NCBI RefSeq assembly: GCF_963921235.1 | Contig: NC_086097.1 | Span: forward strand, 189,660,001 to 189,724,000 | Direction of reading: 5' to 3' | From: Mobula hypostoma | Lineage: Eukaryota | DNA length: 64,000 nucleotides | Shown here: positions 38,701-52,611 of the stretch, piece after piece | How the letters are laid out: each line of letters begins with the position of its first letter | Position numbering within the stretch: the first letter of the stretch is position 1 | Made by a program: the position numbers and the translations under genes | Notes under the pieces: generated by a model | Seen by the model: only the letters and a program-made list of their open reading frames with translations | Told to the model about the DNA's origin: nothing | Database searches by the model: none

Positions 38701-41449
38701 GGCTAAATACTCACTTCCTCTGTAACAACTAAAATGGACAAGCAGTTCTTTGAAAGCGCACTATCCCCTGCCTTACCTTGAAACAACTTGAGCTTCATAT
38801 TTTCCCAATGGGAGCCACATTAAAAATCTGCAATAGAAATGAATAGAAACTGCATGGAGGAGGGGCACGATGATTTTCTGCTGGCAGCAGGAAGTCTTGG
38901 TGTGACTGTCTGTCTTGATATTGTCCTATGCCTTATGTTACCCTATGCAACTGGGAGGTACGGTGTGAGGTGCCCAATGAAAAACAGATCACAGGATAAT
39001 TCAATAAGGGGCCTAAAATTAAAATGTGGCTATTAATAATATATTAAGTAATGGCCAGTTTGAAACAATCTTAAAATGTTGCAAAATGAGTCTTCCAGGT
39101 AAAATATGCAGCGTGCAAATTTCAGAATAAAGACCCTTTAACTTCCATCTCCTTGGTGTTCTGAGGGGCTGCTTATCTTGCTTTAAACCACAGTTGTTTG
39201 CTTAATCTGAGAGACGTGGTCTTGCATTGGGTGTGAAAAATGTGGTGCCAAACTTGTTACTTAACTGAATAAAGGTCAGATTGACTAGTGTGGGCAGCAA
39301 ACAGAAATGACTGGTCCTGTTTTGCAAGGGTTGCAATTTCACCCAATAACTACCCTCTCCAGGTAAAATAAATTTTACATCCCACAGCACTGGAGGAAAA
39401 AAATCATGTTGTCCAATCTGACTTTCAGATATGTGTTGGTAAAACGCCTCCTGACCCATTAAAAAATACTTTGTCTTCTCACAAAATGGAGACTATACTT
39501 GTCACATTGTGGCAGCATCAGCAAGATGTTCAACACTGTCCAGGACAGAGAAGTTTCTGGAATACCTTTTAATTTCAACTTCTGGAAAACCATGTCTGCA
39601 CTAAGTATGATATACAGGCTGCACCAGAATACCTCACTAAGATTATTTTAGAAATGCTGCCCAGTTCTAAGACCTCTACTGTCAAATATGATGAGAGTGT
39701 CACAAATATGGACACAATCACTTCCAACAAAGAAAATTAGGCCAGCTATGAAAGTCTTTCAGTTTCCCATTGAAAGGGCAGGTTAAATTATCCCAATCTA
39801 AAACTTCATAATTTAAAACCATAGAAAGTAAACACCAATGTTTATTGGTGTAAGGACAATTGAAATAATTGCAATGTCCTTACAATGTTAGTTTGTAAGC
39901 ACGAAGAAAGGTTCCAGGGTCAATTGCAAAAGCTGTGCTGCATTATTCAAATACAAGCTGAACATTTTAACTCAACATTGCACATATAATATCCCCAACA
40001 CAATGTACTTTTTCTGTATGCAAAGCAAATCAATTGCAAACTTTGATTAAGATGCATTTTGCTCTTTAGTCAAATGGGTGCATTATGTTGGGTGTAGACA
40101 TAGAGGGGTGGGGGAATGATTGCTGTACATTGACTCACTTCCAATACTGAATCAAATTACATTACAAAGAATATAGAATCAGTGGAACTATGAATGTAAT
40201 TTGAGACTTTGCATACATTAATGGTATATGCTCAATACTTTCATCTTTTGTATTTACAAACTCCATTTCAACTGCTTGTTTTATTTACCTCAGTATCATA
40301 ATAGAAGGATCCTGCCCTAGAACTACAGAGATAATGCTTCATTTCCATCAATGCAGGATGTTTAAGCAGGCATGATTAATCTGATAATTTGACACTTAAT
40401 TTGGTGGACTGATGGGACCTCAAGTATCACACTCACCCTGCTAGTTTTGTCAACCTGGAAATCTTCTGTTTTAATTACGTTTGTGAACAGGATGATGATG
40501 AGTAATGAGGCATTTACTAGACAATTCTGGCTTCTTTTGTAAAAGTCATTATGTCCCTTTGCTGACACGTTAAGCTGTTTAAATGAACATTTCCTCGATT
40601 ATTGCTGTTCAGAGATTTGATGAGCTGTCAACTAAATCTGCGTCATCACTGTATATGTCACCAATCTCTAATTCAACAGAGTTTGACAATTACTCTGCAT
40701 TGAATGTGGTGATCATTGACAATATGATGACAAAATGATTTGAAAATTTTATGACATGGCAAGTTTTCAGATTAATATTAAAATCACAGGTTTTGATTTG
40801 ACAGAAGTTATACATTGCAGAAACCACTGGAATATTGTCATGAGAATTATTTTGATTGCGTTCAATGAAAACACTCCAAACAATTGAATGTAGATAACTG
40901 GTATTATTTGCTTTGGGTTGTCAATTTAGTTGCATAATTTAATATGATTTTTCTTTAAGGGCGGCTAGCTGATTAATAATGAATCAGAAGGTATTTATGT
41001 TTTGAGACTTTTGCCAAAACACTGTTTATTTGGAAAGTCCCGAATGGATAGTACTCCTGTTTTAAAATTCTCAACTCACTTTCAAATCACTTCATGGTCT
41101 CACCCCTCCCTTACTCTGTCAATTCTACAATTCCCCAGGATTTCTGTGCTCTGTCAATTCTTGAAAATTGAGCAAGGTGCTTGTCATTGCTCCACTGTCA
41201 GTGGCTGTGCCTGCAGCAATGACTTTCCAAACATTAGAATCCTATCCCTAAGCCTTCCAGGCTCTCTCTCCTCTTTTATATCATGTAAAGAGACTCACCT
41301 TTTGGAGCTTTTTGTGGTGTTGTGTGATATTTTATTTGATAAGGGTCATGTAAATTGCTTATGTTAATTTTACAACAAAAGGTGCCTCAATGCTTAGCTA
41401 GAAGTTATAATGGGTGTGTTGAATAAAAACAGTAATGACAGCTACAACA

Positions 41450-43030
41450 ATTTTCATTTCCTCAAGTTCATTATTGTCCTCAATTAAACAAAATAATCAA
41501 GACTACTCTATTTTGGACACCTTTGAGCATATTTACAATCTGTCTTTTCTTAGTAAAATTTTATAAAAAGTTTTGTTTTGATAATTAATTGATTACTTGA
41601 ATAAAAACTACTCTTTTTGAGTAGTATCAATCAGGTTTTAGATCAAATCATAGTGCAGAAACTACATTGCTTAAAATACTTAATTGCTTATGGCTTAATG
41701 CTGATGCAGATAACATATCAGTTCTTGTTCTCTTAGATTTCAGTGCAGCATTCGATACCGTAAATCGCAGGAAACTCATAAACTACCTCCGTCAATGGGT
41801 AGGTCTTTCTGTTACTGCCTTAAGCTGGCTTCAATCTTATATAAACATTCTTATAAATGTTTATATAAACAGAAAAAAACATTCTTTATTAACTGTAGTG
41901 ATTGTGCATCCAAAATCCATGATATTGTGTTTAGTATGCTGCAAGGATCAATCCTTGGTCCGTTGTTATTCTCACACTACCTGATCCCATTGTCAGATTA
42001 TTTCAAAACACAAGGTGAATTACCACAGTTCTGCAGATAACACACAATAATATTTGTCTTTTAAGCCAGATGACCCTGAGACTTGAAACCCTCTAGTCCT
42101 GTGTCTTACTAGCATTACAGAATGGATGAGTTCAAATTTCCTTAAACTAAATAAGGAAAAAACCAGAAATTTTCATTATTGGTAGCAATAAAAAAGTGTG
42201 AATCTTAGAAATAAACGTAATCATCTGGCCTTACAAATCAAGCCAGAAGCAAAGAATTTTGGTATTATAATTGACTCTGAGGTAAATTTCAAATCACATA
42301 ATCACTGCATTCTTTCATTTAAGGAGCATTTCAAGATGCAGAAAAATTGATGCACACTTTTCTTTTTAGCCAATTTGTCTACTGTAATGATCTGCTCAGC
42401 ACTGCCTGAGAAAGATATAAATCAGCTGCAGCTTGTTCAAAATGCAGCAGCAAGAATGTTAACCAATAAAAGAAAATCTGAGCACATTTCATCAGTTTTG
42501 GCATCATTACAATGGATGTCTGTGTCCTTTGGGATCAATTTTAAAAATACTCTTAAGTGCATATGGGGCTTTGAATAATCTAGCTCCTTTGTATATTTTG
42601 GAATGCCTATCCCCTTACATCCCTCGTCGTAGTCTTAGATTCGTGAATACTTGTTTGCTTAGTGTTCCTTGAGCCAAGCATACAAGGACTGGTGATGTGG
42701 CTTTTTGCTCTAATGCACCAAAAATCTGGAATACTCTCTGGACTGAGAAATGCAAGTCTAGTAATGTGAAACATTTCAAAACTCTTCTAAAAAAAAACTA
42801 GTTTTTAAATTTGTCCTCCTTATAGAATTACTTAATGTCTGTAGATTTTGATTATATTTTTATAATTTGACATATTCAATTACATTTTATTCTATATAAT
42901 CTTTCTTTACATATGATTTTTAATTTTGTCTCAAATTTTATGACGATATTGATATACGTAACCTTACAATCTATGTAAAACACTTTGCACCTACATCTTA
43001 ATGTATGAAAGGTGCTATATAACTATTATT
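41450..43030 (+). mobile_element. Decayed AT-rich L2-type LINE (RT to 3' end)
   Basis: SVLVLLDFSAAFDTVN...TALSWLQSY, QGSILGPLLFS, LQLVQNAAARMLT...HISSVLASLQW. Confidence 0.85.
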
Positions 43031-43299
43031 CTTATTTATGGAAATTTTAACAATATTTAGATAAAATGTCCATAATTCAATTTTTATACAATGAAAATAA
43101 AAGATGTTTTTTATTTTAGTGTTCACGGTAATTGGCCTCCTGGACATCAATCATATTTTTGATGAATAACTTGGAATCTTGAGAAATAGGTCAGAGATTG
43201 ATTTTGGCATGCTCACAACATTCCATTAAGCCATCGGTAGCTGGGCAGCTAATTAACTAGACTTTGCTGTCAATTTTTAGCAAAAAACCTATGTCACAT

Positions 43300-43556
43300 T
43301 CATCACTAAGCATCCTCACCATCTAGACATGCCCTCTTCTCGTTACTACCATCAGGGAGGAAGTAAAGAAGCCTCAGAACCCATACTCAACAATTCAGAA
43401 ACAGCTTCTTTCCTTCCACTATCAGATTTCAGAATGGCCCATGGATAGTACCTTTTTTTGCACTATGTTTACAGTATTTTGTAATTTGTGGTAATTTTAT
43501 GTCTTTGCACGACACAATTTCATGTCATGTAAAACTGATAATAAATCTGATTCTGA
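43300..43556 (+). mobile_element. Rex1/Babar-like LINE 3' end
   Basis: Homologous to 7890-8020 and 8445-8530; aataaatctgattctga tail. Confidence 0.7.
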
Positions 43557-43654
43557 TGTTGTGTATCCTCTTCAGATGAATGGCTCATTTCCAGAGCTAA
43601 AGTACAGATCAGCAAAGTATTCATATACTGTAAAGCCAGAATATGTATAAATAA

Positions 43655-43810
43655 GGCAGAGTTTGATAGATTCTTGATTGGCCAGGGCATGGAGGGATAT
43701 GGGAGAAGGCAAGAGATTGGGTCTGAGAGGAACACTGGATCAGCCATGTACAGCAGACTCGATTGGCCAACTGGCCTAATTTTGCTCCTATATCTTATGG
43801 TCTTATGGTC
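43655..43810 (+). mobile_element. CR1 3' tail
   Basis: Homologous to the reverse complement of 37983-38160; cttatggtcttatggt tail. Confidence 0.7.
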
Positions 43811-43959
43811 TAAATGAGAAATGGTGTTAGAATACATAATATAGCATATTAAATGAAGAACATGTTAATAGTAATAGTCAATTGAAGCTAGCCATGGAGG
43901 GGCAAAATAACATTGGGTTGCTATTGATGCTTTTGGCCAAGCCTACTGATTAAAAGTAG

Positions 43960-44220
43960 ACAACAAGAATTCTGCAGATGCTGGAAATTCAAGCAACACA
44001 CATCAAAGTTGCTGGTGGACGCAGCAGGCCAGGCAGCATCTCTAGGAAGAGGTACAGTCAACATTTCAGGGCGAGACCCTTCGTCAGGACTAACTGAAGG
44101 AAGAGTGAGTAAGAGATTTGAAAGTTGGAGGGGGAGGGGTCTCGGCCTGAAACGTTGACTGTACCTCTTCCTAGAGATGCTGCCTGGCCTGCTGCGTTCA
44201 CCAGCAACTTTGATGTGTGT
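43960..44220. mobile_element. Penelope-terminus fold-back (inverted) insertion with TSD
   Basis: Arms 43994-44079 and 44137-44222 are reverse complements; tgattaaaagtag at 43947-43959 and 44221-44233. Confidence 0.9.
44056..44091 (-). ncRNA. Minimal hammerhead motif variant (GUU triplet)
   Basis: Minus strand AGTC-CTGACGA-AGGGTCTCGCCCT-GAAA-TGTT-GACT. Confidence 0.55.
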
Positions 44221-44939
44221 TGATTAAAAGTAGGACTTTTTTCAATGTCACCTTGAAGATTTAAAATATATTGGAGCAGAGTGACAAAAAAAATTCTGCT
44301 GCTGTTCAGCATCAAAGAGTTGAATGTATGCAGCTGCAAAGTTTTAAATTATGTTGCTGTAAGCGAACAAAGAAAATGTGGACGATTTTGATGGCTTAGG
44401 AATTAAATTGCACACCACTTGTTTTGTTGAGTACTTTATGACTGAATGGAGGTGTAAAATCGATAGCAAAATGTGATCCATGCTTCCTATAATACAATTG
44501 AATCACAGGCTTCCATGCACAAAGAGGACCAGGGCATGCAGCAATGAGATCAATCAACCTACTTTGTCCATTGTGACAAATTGTTAACTACAGCAACACT
44601 GGAAACAGTAAGTGCAACTTGGAAACAGCAGACTCCAACAGAGATGCAGAAGCAGTCGTGCAAGAGGGATAGACTTTACCTGCTCTCTAGTTGGGTGTCC
44701 AGCAGTTGACAATGATGTATTCAACTGTACAGGGACACACCAGATTTCACGTCACTTTACAAGAAAGACACTATACTTACTTTCTACAAGGAGGGTCAAC
44801 TGGTCAAACCACAGGCATCTGCTTCTGCTGCCAAATATCAAATCCAGCATTAGATAAGTGGGATGCTTGCCCCTATGTTTTTATAATAAACACACAATGC
44901 CTCCTCGCTATTTCCAGCATAAGTTCCAGTTAAGGACTA

Positions 44940-45172
44940 ATGCTTGGAGGAAAGTGTAGTGGGGATGTCAGAGGTAAGATTTTTTTACACCAAGCGTGTT
45001 AAGTAATTGGAACGTGCTGCCAAGAGTGGTGAAAGAGGCAGATACATTTGGGACATTTAACAAAATCTTAGGCACATGGATGAAAGAAGGCTAGGTTAGA
45101 GAAGAGTAGGTTAAACTTGACATAACATCGTGGGCTGAAGGGCCTGTACTGTACTGTTTTATGTCTTATGTT
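44940..45172 (+). mobile_element. CR1 3' fragment
   Basis: ggggatgtcagaggtaag...tggaacgtgctgcca...gtgggctgaagggcctgtactgt. Confidence 0.75.
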
Positions 45173-45894
45173 AACTAGGGAGGCCTTAAATGCTGGTTTT
45201 GCTGTCACAGCTACATTTCAAAACAGAATAAATAAAATTGAGCAATGTTACTTGAATGGTGCCTAGGCCATGGCACCACATTGTTGCTTGCCAGGTGGTG
45301 ACTACCATCTGATATCAGATGCTACATGTACTACAAGCCAGAGGAGCATGTGCTAATACATGTCACGTAATGTATTAAGTGACAACCCTTCATGGTGAAT
45401 TACCAACAATGTATAGAAGTGATGAGTGTTATGGGCACATGCATGAGTGTTATGTGGGAGAGGCTGGCTGGAGGGTATAAATGATGCAAATTCTAATTGA
45501 TAGACTTTTTCTCCTTCGCACCTCCTGCACAAAAGCCTTCAACCTGCACTCCCGCTGATTGTACGCATTACCTTCAGCACAATTTACTTAGTTTCAATAA
45601 TTCACCTCACAGAAGTCGATAGATACAATTTGAGGCAAGAGTATAGAGTGCTGATATGAGTACAGTTTTCTTTCACTCTTTAAATTGGGATAAACATTCG
45701 GGGTAAGGCACATGCATCAGTTTCAGTTTCTTCCAATTAGCTGAAATAACATGGTCCAAGTTTGCTCTGCAGAGCAGAATTGCTTTAGAAACAACTATTT
45801 TGGACTTCAAAAGTTGATTGCAAAACAAATGGTATGTAAGCAAAGAGATTTTGTACTGTATAGATTGGGTGATAGGATCGAGATATGTCTCTAC

Positions 45895-46206
45895 CAAAGT
45901 AAGGGTAAAGCGCTCCTTCCTCCTGCTAGCCTGTAGCACCTGTTTAGCAACCCGATCAGGGTCACGTGAAGCCATGGCAGCAGCTAGCAGGTGGGAGATG
46001 GTCATTGCACAGCTGGTGCATTTCTCAAGCCCTGCTTAAACAACTACCCATGTCAGGAAGACAGTCTCTGAGTAGTATTGATAACTGTTGGGGGTCACCC
46101 ATCTTGTAAAGACACTGCCCAGAAGAAGGCAATAGCAAACCACTTAAGTAGAAGAATTTGCCAAAAACAATCAAGATCAAGGGATCATGATCTCGGACAT
46201 CATACC
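45895..46206 (+). mobile_element. Short element with RTE/BovB-like 3' tail (SINE or LINE remnant)
   Basis: gaagaaggcaatagcaaaccact...tttgccaaaaacaatc resembles the BovB/Sauria-SINE tail motif as I recall it. Confidence 0.5.
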
Positions 46207-46469
46207 AATAAATAAAACAATATTCATTAGATAAATGATAGAAATCCTTTGAAATCTCCTTGATTAAATTTCATTACATGTGAAATAAAAGGACTAGGTG
46301 ATACCATAACGCCATTAGCGAATTTCTGGAATTGAATGATCTTATTTGTGACCAATGCCTTTTGAGGTTGTGACAGTGAAGGAAAGAGTGTTGTCCTACT
46401 CAGCACACACAAGTGCAGTCCATAAAAAAAGAATTGGCAGTCAAATTAAGGATCTGATGGAGGAAGGAA

Positions 46470-46830
46470 AGAACTTATTCTTCAAACATTGAGTGTGGGT
46501 CTTCAGGCTCCTGTACCGCCTCTCTAATGGTAGTAATGAGAAGAGTGCATATCCTGGATGGTGAGGTCTTTAATGACGGATGCAGCCTTCCTGAAACACT
46601 GCACTTCAAAGATTTCTTTGATGGTGGGGAGGGTTGTGTCCCTAATGGAGCTGGCTGAATATACAAAGCTCTGCAGTCTGTTTCGATCCTGCACATTAGA
46701 GCTTCCATACCAGGGGGTGATGCAACCAGTGGCAGGATGCTTTTCCCCGTACGTTTGAAGAAATTTCATAGTCTTTGATGATATTCCAAATCTCCTCAAA
46801 TCCTAATGAAGCATAGCTGCTGGCGTGCTT
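46470..46830 (-). mobile_element. Rex1/Babar-like LINE fragment
   Basis: RRFGISSKT...TGCITPWYGSSNVQDRNRLQ. Confidence 0.8.
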
Positions 46831-47434
46831 TTTTTGGGCATTTTTAACCATGGTCATATGACATTTCTATAAAATGTGTATTATAATTGAAGTGGTCGTC
46901 ATGCTGAAAACTCAGCATAGTCATCCACAGCACGGACTATAACATTATTTTACTACAAAGTTCATTTTATTGTCCTTGTGGACAGCTTGAAGCCAAACAC
47001 AGATCTGCAAACAAACATGAGAATTTAAAGTGAGATGTTCTTGCAGAGGAAGCAATGTTGGCTAGAAAATAAGTATGTTGGATGTACAGGACTTGGTGAG
47101 GATTAGGATCTGGTCAGCAAAGCACTGGGTATGCTTAGCCCTATAGAGCCATGGAATAATACACCACAGAAACTGTCCCTTTGCCATGCGCATGCACACA
47201 AACCAACAACTTTGTCTATCCATACTAATCCCACTTATCAGCACTTGGTCGTAAGTCTACTATATTTTTATTGCTCGTTCAACTGTTTCTTAAATATTGT
47301 AGTAAGTACCTGCTTCAACCACCTTCTCAGGCTGGGCATTCTAACCTGTAACCAGTGCCGCAGCTGGGTGAGCAGTGACCAGGTTCAATCCTGACCTCTG
47401 GTGATGTCTGTGTGGAGTTTGCCTGCAATTACCC

Positions 47435-48810
47435 AGATAGTCTGGGTAATTATAGACCAGTGAGCCTTATGTCTGTGATGAGAAAGCTGTTGGAAAGGAT
47501 TCTTAGAGATAGGATCTATAGGCATTTAGAGAATCATGGTCTGATCAGAGACAGTCAGCATGGCTTTATGAAGGGCAGATCATGTCTAACAAGCCTGATA
47601 GAGTTCTTTGAGGAGGTGACCAGGCATATAGATGAGGGTAGTGCAGTGGATGTGGTCTACATGGATTTTAGTAAGGCATTTGACAAGGTTCCACACGGTA
47701 GGCTTATTCAGAAAGTCAGAAGACATGGGATCCAGGGATGTTTGGCCAGGTGGATTCAGAATTGGCTTGCCTGCAGAAGGCAGAGGGTCATAGTCGGGGG
47801 AGTACATTCAGATTGGAGGATTGTGACTAGTGGTGTCCCACAAGGATCTGTTTTGGGACCTCCACTTTTCATGATTTTTATTAACGACCTGGATGTGGGG
47901 TAGAAGGGTGGGTTGGCAGGTTTGCAGACGACACAAAGGTTGGTGGTGTTGTAGATAGTGTAGAGGATTGTTGAAGATTGCAGAGAGACAGTGATAGGAT
48001 GCAGAAGTGGGCTGAGAAGTGGCAGATGGAGTTCAACCTGGAGAAGTGTGAGGTGGTACACTTTGGAAGGACAAACTCCAAGGCAGAGTACAAAGTAAAT
48101 GGCAGGATACTTGGTAGTGTGGAGGAGCAGAAGGATCTGGGGGTGTATGTCCACAGATCACTGAAAGTTGCCTTACAGGTAGATAGGGTAGTTAAGAAAG
48201 CTTATGGGGTGTTAGCTTTCATAAGTTGAGGGATAGAGTTTAAGGGTCGCGATGTAATGATGCAGCTGTATAAAACTCTGGTTGGGCCACACTTGTTGTA
48301 CTGTGTCCAGTTCTGGTCACCTCACTATAGGAAAGATGTGGAAGCATTTGAAAGGGTACAGAGGAGATTTACTAGGATGCTGCCTGGTTTAGAGAGTATG
48401 CATTATGATCAGAGATTAAGGGAGCTAGGGCTTTACTCTTTGGAGAGAAGGAGGATGAGAAGAGACATGATAGAGGTGTACAAGACAATAAGAGGAATAG
48501 ATAGAGTGGATAGCCAGCACCTCTTCCCCAGGGCACCACTGCTCAATGCAAGAGGAAATGGCTTTAAGATAAGGGGTGGGAAGTTCAAGGGGGATATTAG
48601 AGGAAGGTTTTTTACTCAGAGACTGGTTGGTGCGTGGAATGCACTGTCTGAGTCAGTGGTAGAGGCAGATACACTAGTGAAGTTTAAGAGACTACTAGAC
48701 AGGTATATGAAAGAATTTAAGGTGGGGGGTATATGGGAGGCAGGGTTTGAGGGTTGGCAGAACATTGTGGGCCGAAGGGCCTGTAATGTGCTGTATTATT
48801 CTATGCTCTA
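47435..48810 (+). mobile_element. Young 5'-truncated CR1 LINE (RT to 3' tail)
   Basis: GNYRPVSL...[31 protein letters not shown]; few disruptions; sister of 26345-27925. Confidence 0.93.
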
Positions 48811-48834
48811 AATTTCTTCTGCATTATTTCCCTT

Positions 48835-49205
48835 TCCAGTGCACAGAATCTTCCAGCTGTGGCCTAACCAATGCTTTATGAAGTTGTACCAAGATCTCTC
48901 TTCTCTTGTAATCTGTGCCCGCATTGATGAAGGGAAGAATCCCCAGTGCCTTTTCTCCCACCATATTTTACCCATACTGCCTCCCTTCAGGGAACTTTGG
49001 AGCTTTACACCACGGCCCCATTGTTTCTCACAACCCAGCCCTACCATTCACAACATTCCTTCCACCCTTATTACACCTCTCAAACTCCATCACCTCACAA
49101 GCATCAAGATTACATTCCGTCTGCCTTTGCCTGTCCAGTTTACCAGTTGATTAATATTATTCTATGGCATAAGACTCCTTGCCTCACTCTCTACAAGATC
49201 ATCAA
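48835..49205 (-). mobile_element. Old decayed CR1 fragment
   Basis: Minus-strand LVQLHKALVRPQLED remnant (compare QLYKTLVRPHLEY). Confidence 0.55.
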
Positions 49206-50744
49206 TGTGTGTGATAGGCCAAGGCAACATTGGATGAGGTCTCAGCAAAACCGCTGAAGTTCACTGTCATTCATCCATGCACGTGTATACAGTTAAACAA
49301 ATCAATGTTCCTCTGGGTCCAAAGTGCACGACACAGTACATATATTATCTACATGTAAGATAATATTGACACAATAATATAAACAGATAAAAATATTCTG
49401 TAGATGTACAACTTGATATAAAGTGCATATTTGAAACATACAGCAGTCTCATGCTGCTGGCGATGAGCTCTGCTAGAGGTTCCATCAGGTGGTAGAGATG
49501 GGTTTTGGTGACAGAACAGTAATGTGGTCAGAAATTCAACTTGGGGTTAAGTATGCTCCGTTATGAATGGGGTCTGTTCCAGCCTCAGTTGGATCCCAGG
49601 CAGAGACCTAGATTCAGAGGTTAGACAAAACGTTGATGGTAGGGACTGACAACAGGAAATCATCCCCCTGGAAAAATCCTTATTCAGTTATCTGTGGACC
49701 ATTTTGTCTTTTAACTGAATTTATTTGAAGGGAAAAAGGTAATGTAAATTTAAAATCAGTTATAGAATCTGACAGCAATCATCCATGGAGCAAACTAGAA
49801 TTTAATAATGTCTCTAAATTAAAGAAGACTAGCATCTGTTTGAATTAAATATGGACATCCAGATTCCCCCGAGAATAGGTTTTAGCATGCTGGGAAATTG
49901 CATGTGAAGGAAATGCTCATCAACGCATGTTTAATTCATGCAACTAAACTGTAATCCATTTGAAACTGCACAGAGTGGGGACCATGAAATTATTGTTTTT
50001 TTGAGCACTCTTGAATGAAATGACTACCTTCATTATGTAATGGAGAGCTTTGAGAAAAAAAAAAACTATTGCAAGACCCACTTCCGCACCGAACTTTCTG
50101 GAAACAGATATTGCTGATATCTCAAAAAATCTATTAAGACAAATTCTTAATAAAAATTCTTAAATTAAACATTCTTAGGATATCAAGATCACTCAAAACA
50201 CTTGCTAAATGAAGCCAGAGTCCTTCCAATGTTATGGTCTGTGCTAAATCACCACAACTGGCCACAGTATTTGTTGGATGTTAAAAAGCAAATCCGTAAA
50301 TGCATTTATTACATTTTAGTTTTACCTTAAACTCTTCAATATATGCTGCTGGGAAAAAAATGTTAACTAATGTCTTGCTTTACAAAACAAAGGAGGATTG
50401 CAGTTATATTATAGGATGGATTCAATTTCCAAGTGGATTTTTCCTTTATTGCTGATCACATTCTCAATGAACATTTTGTATGTCTTTAAAAGAAATGCAC
50501 AATTTACAAGCCACTGCCTGTGAATGTGATGAATATATTAAATATTGCTGATTTTCTAAATGGAAATAAATCATAATCGGCAACCCTGAAAAATTCCATA
50601 AGAATGAGGGAAATAGGTTCCACAACTTGTTTGGCAGGGAGATGGGAACTAGAGCACCAAGTCAGAATGTGGGGTGGGCGGCGGGGTGGGGGTGAAGAGG
50701 AAGGTAGCTGTCAGGTCCAGTTAAAACAGGCAGGAGAAAAGTAA

Positions 50745-52611
50745 AAAATACAAGGGATGGATAGTCTGAAGTGTGTGTATTTTAATACCAGGGGTATTAT
50801 AGATAAAGTCGATACAATATTTCAAGATTCAAGATTGTTTCATGTCATTTCCAGTACAAAAGTGTAGAGGAGAACAAAATAATTGTTACTTTAGATCCAA
50901 TGCAGCACAAGAAAGCACAATAAAATAAGGAAGACAATAATAATAAAAACAAGATAAATAAAAATATGTAAGATAGTTTATATACATAGATGGATTGTAT
51001 GTCCATAAAGTGGTGCTAGGCACAGGAGTGTCTGTATATAAGCTGACTGACTGGAAATGATGAAGTCGCGGTGGCTGGGAATGTGGAGGGGTGGGTTAGT
51101 GGGTGCAGGTGTTGATCAGTCTTACTACTTGGGAAAAGTAATTGTTTTTGTGTCTGGAGGTCCTGTCATGGATGCCACGTTGCCTCCTCCCTGCTGGGAG
51201 TGGCCCAAACTGTCCATGAGTAGGGTAGATGGGATCCTGCACAATGTTATTGGCCTTTTTCCAGCACCTTTCTCTATATATGTCTCTGATAGTGGGTTGG
51301 CTGGTGCCATGATGAGCTGGGCAGTTTTGACTACTTTGGCACTTACAGCATGCATCAGTACACGGAACTATGATGATGTGACCATTACAGAGATTTGGTT
51401 GTGAGAGGGACAGGAATCGGTTGTTCACGTCCCAGGGTTGTGATATTTTAGAAAAGACTGAACAGGAGGTAAAAGGTGGGGGTAATTGCATGACTAATCA
51501 AGGGCAATGTCACAACTGCACTCAGAGAAATAATCCTAGGACTCATCCATTGAGTCTATTTGGGTAGAACTCAAAGATAGGAAGGGTGCAATCACTCTGA
51601 TGGGCTTGTACTACAGATCTCCCAATGTTCACTGGGACATTGAGGGACAGATATGCAGGCAGATTGCAGAAAGGTGTAAAACTAATACGGTAGTTGTTAT
51701 GAGGGAATTTCAACTTCCCTAATATAAATATGTTACAAGATGTGTAGATGAAGCAGAATTTGTTAAGCTGCATCCAGGATAGTTTCTTAAATCAATATGT
51801 AGACAGTCCAACCAGAGGAGGCTGTGTACTGGATCTAGCACTGGGTACTGAGCCTAGCCAGGTGACTGACCTTTCAGCTGATGAGCAGTCAGGGAACAGT
51901 AACAACAACTCCTTACACTTTAAGATAGCCATTGCTAAGGATAAGTATGGACCTTGCAGGCGAGTATTAAATTGGAGCAGGGCAAATTATGAAAGCATTA
52001 GGCAGGAACTAGAGAGAAATAATTGTGAGCTGCTGCTTTTTGGGGCTAGTTCACATCGATCATGTGGAGTGTGTTTAAAGACCAACTGCACAGAGTACAG
52101 GACAGGTATGTTCCTGTCAGATGGAAGGACAAGAATGGCCAAGGTAAGAGAACCATTAGGTGTCAAGAGAGGTGATGAATTTAGTCAAGAAGAAAAAGGA
52201 AAAGTATATAAAGCATTGGAAGCTAGAATCAAGCAGAGCCCTTAAGGTGGATAAGTCTCCAGAGCCCAATGGGATGTACCCCAGGTTTTTGAGGGAGGCA
52301 AGAGATAATATTGCTAGGGTATTGACCAATATCTTCGTATCCTCTTTAGCCAGAGGCAAGGTTCCAGAGGACTGGCCAGTAGCTAATGTTGCTCGATTAA
52401 TCTAGAAGGGAACCAAGAATAATTCTAGAAACTAGGGAATTTACTGGGGAGAGTTTTTAGGGATAAGATTTATGAGCATTTAGAAACCACATATTAACTA
52501 GGGAGAGTCAGAGTGACTTTGTGTGGAGCAAGTCATGTCTTACTAACTTGATGGAATTTTTTGATGAGGTGATGATGCTGATTGAAGAAGGTAGAGCTGT
52601 GGTGTTGTCCC
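50745..52611 (+). mobile_element. Decayed CR1 ORF2 (endonuclease to start of RT), interrupted by a Rex-like copy and ending at an LTR element
   Basis: LKCVYFN, ITEIWL, FLNQYVDSPTRGGCVLDL, KSPEPNGMYPRFLRE, KSCLTNLMEFF. Confidence 0.85.
50821..51345 (-). mobile_element. Rex1/Babar-like LINE 3' end inserted in CR1
   Basis: VVKTAQLI; IRDIYRERCWKKANNIVQDP..P...PLPAGRR; (tcttgaa)n tail. Confidence 0.8.
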
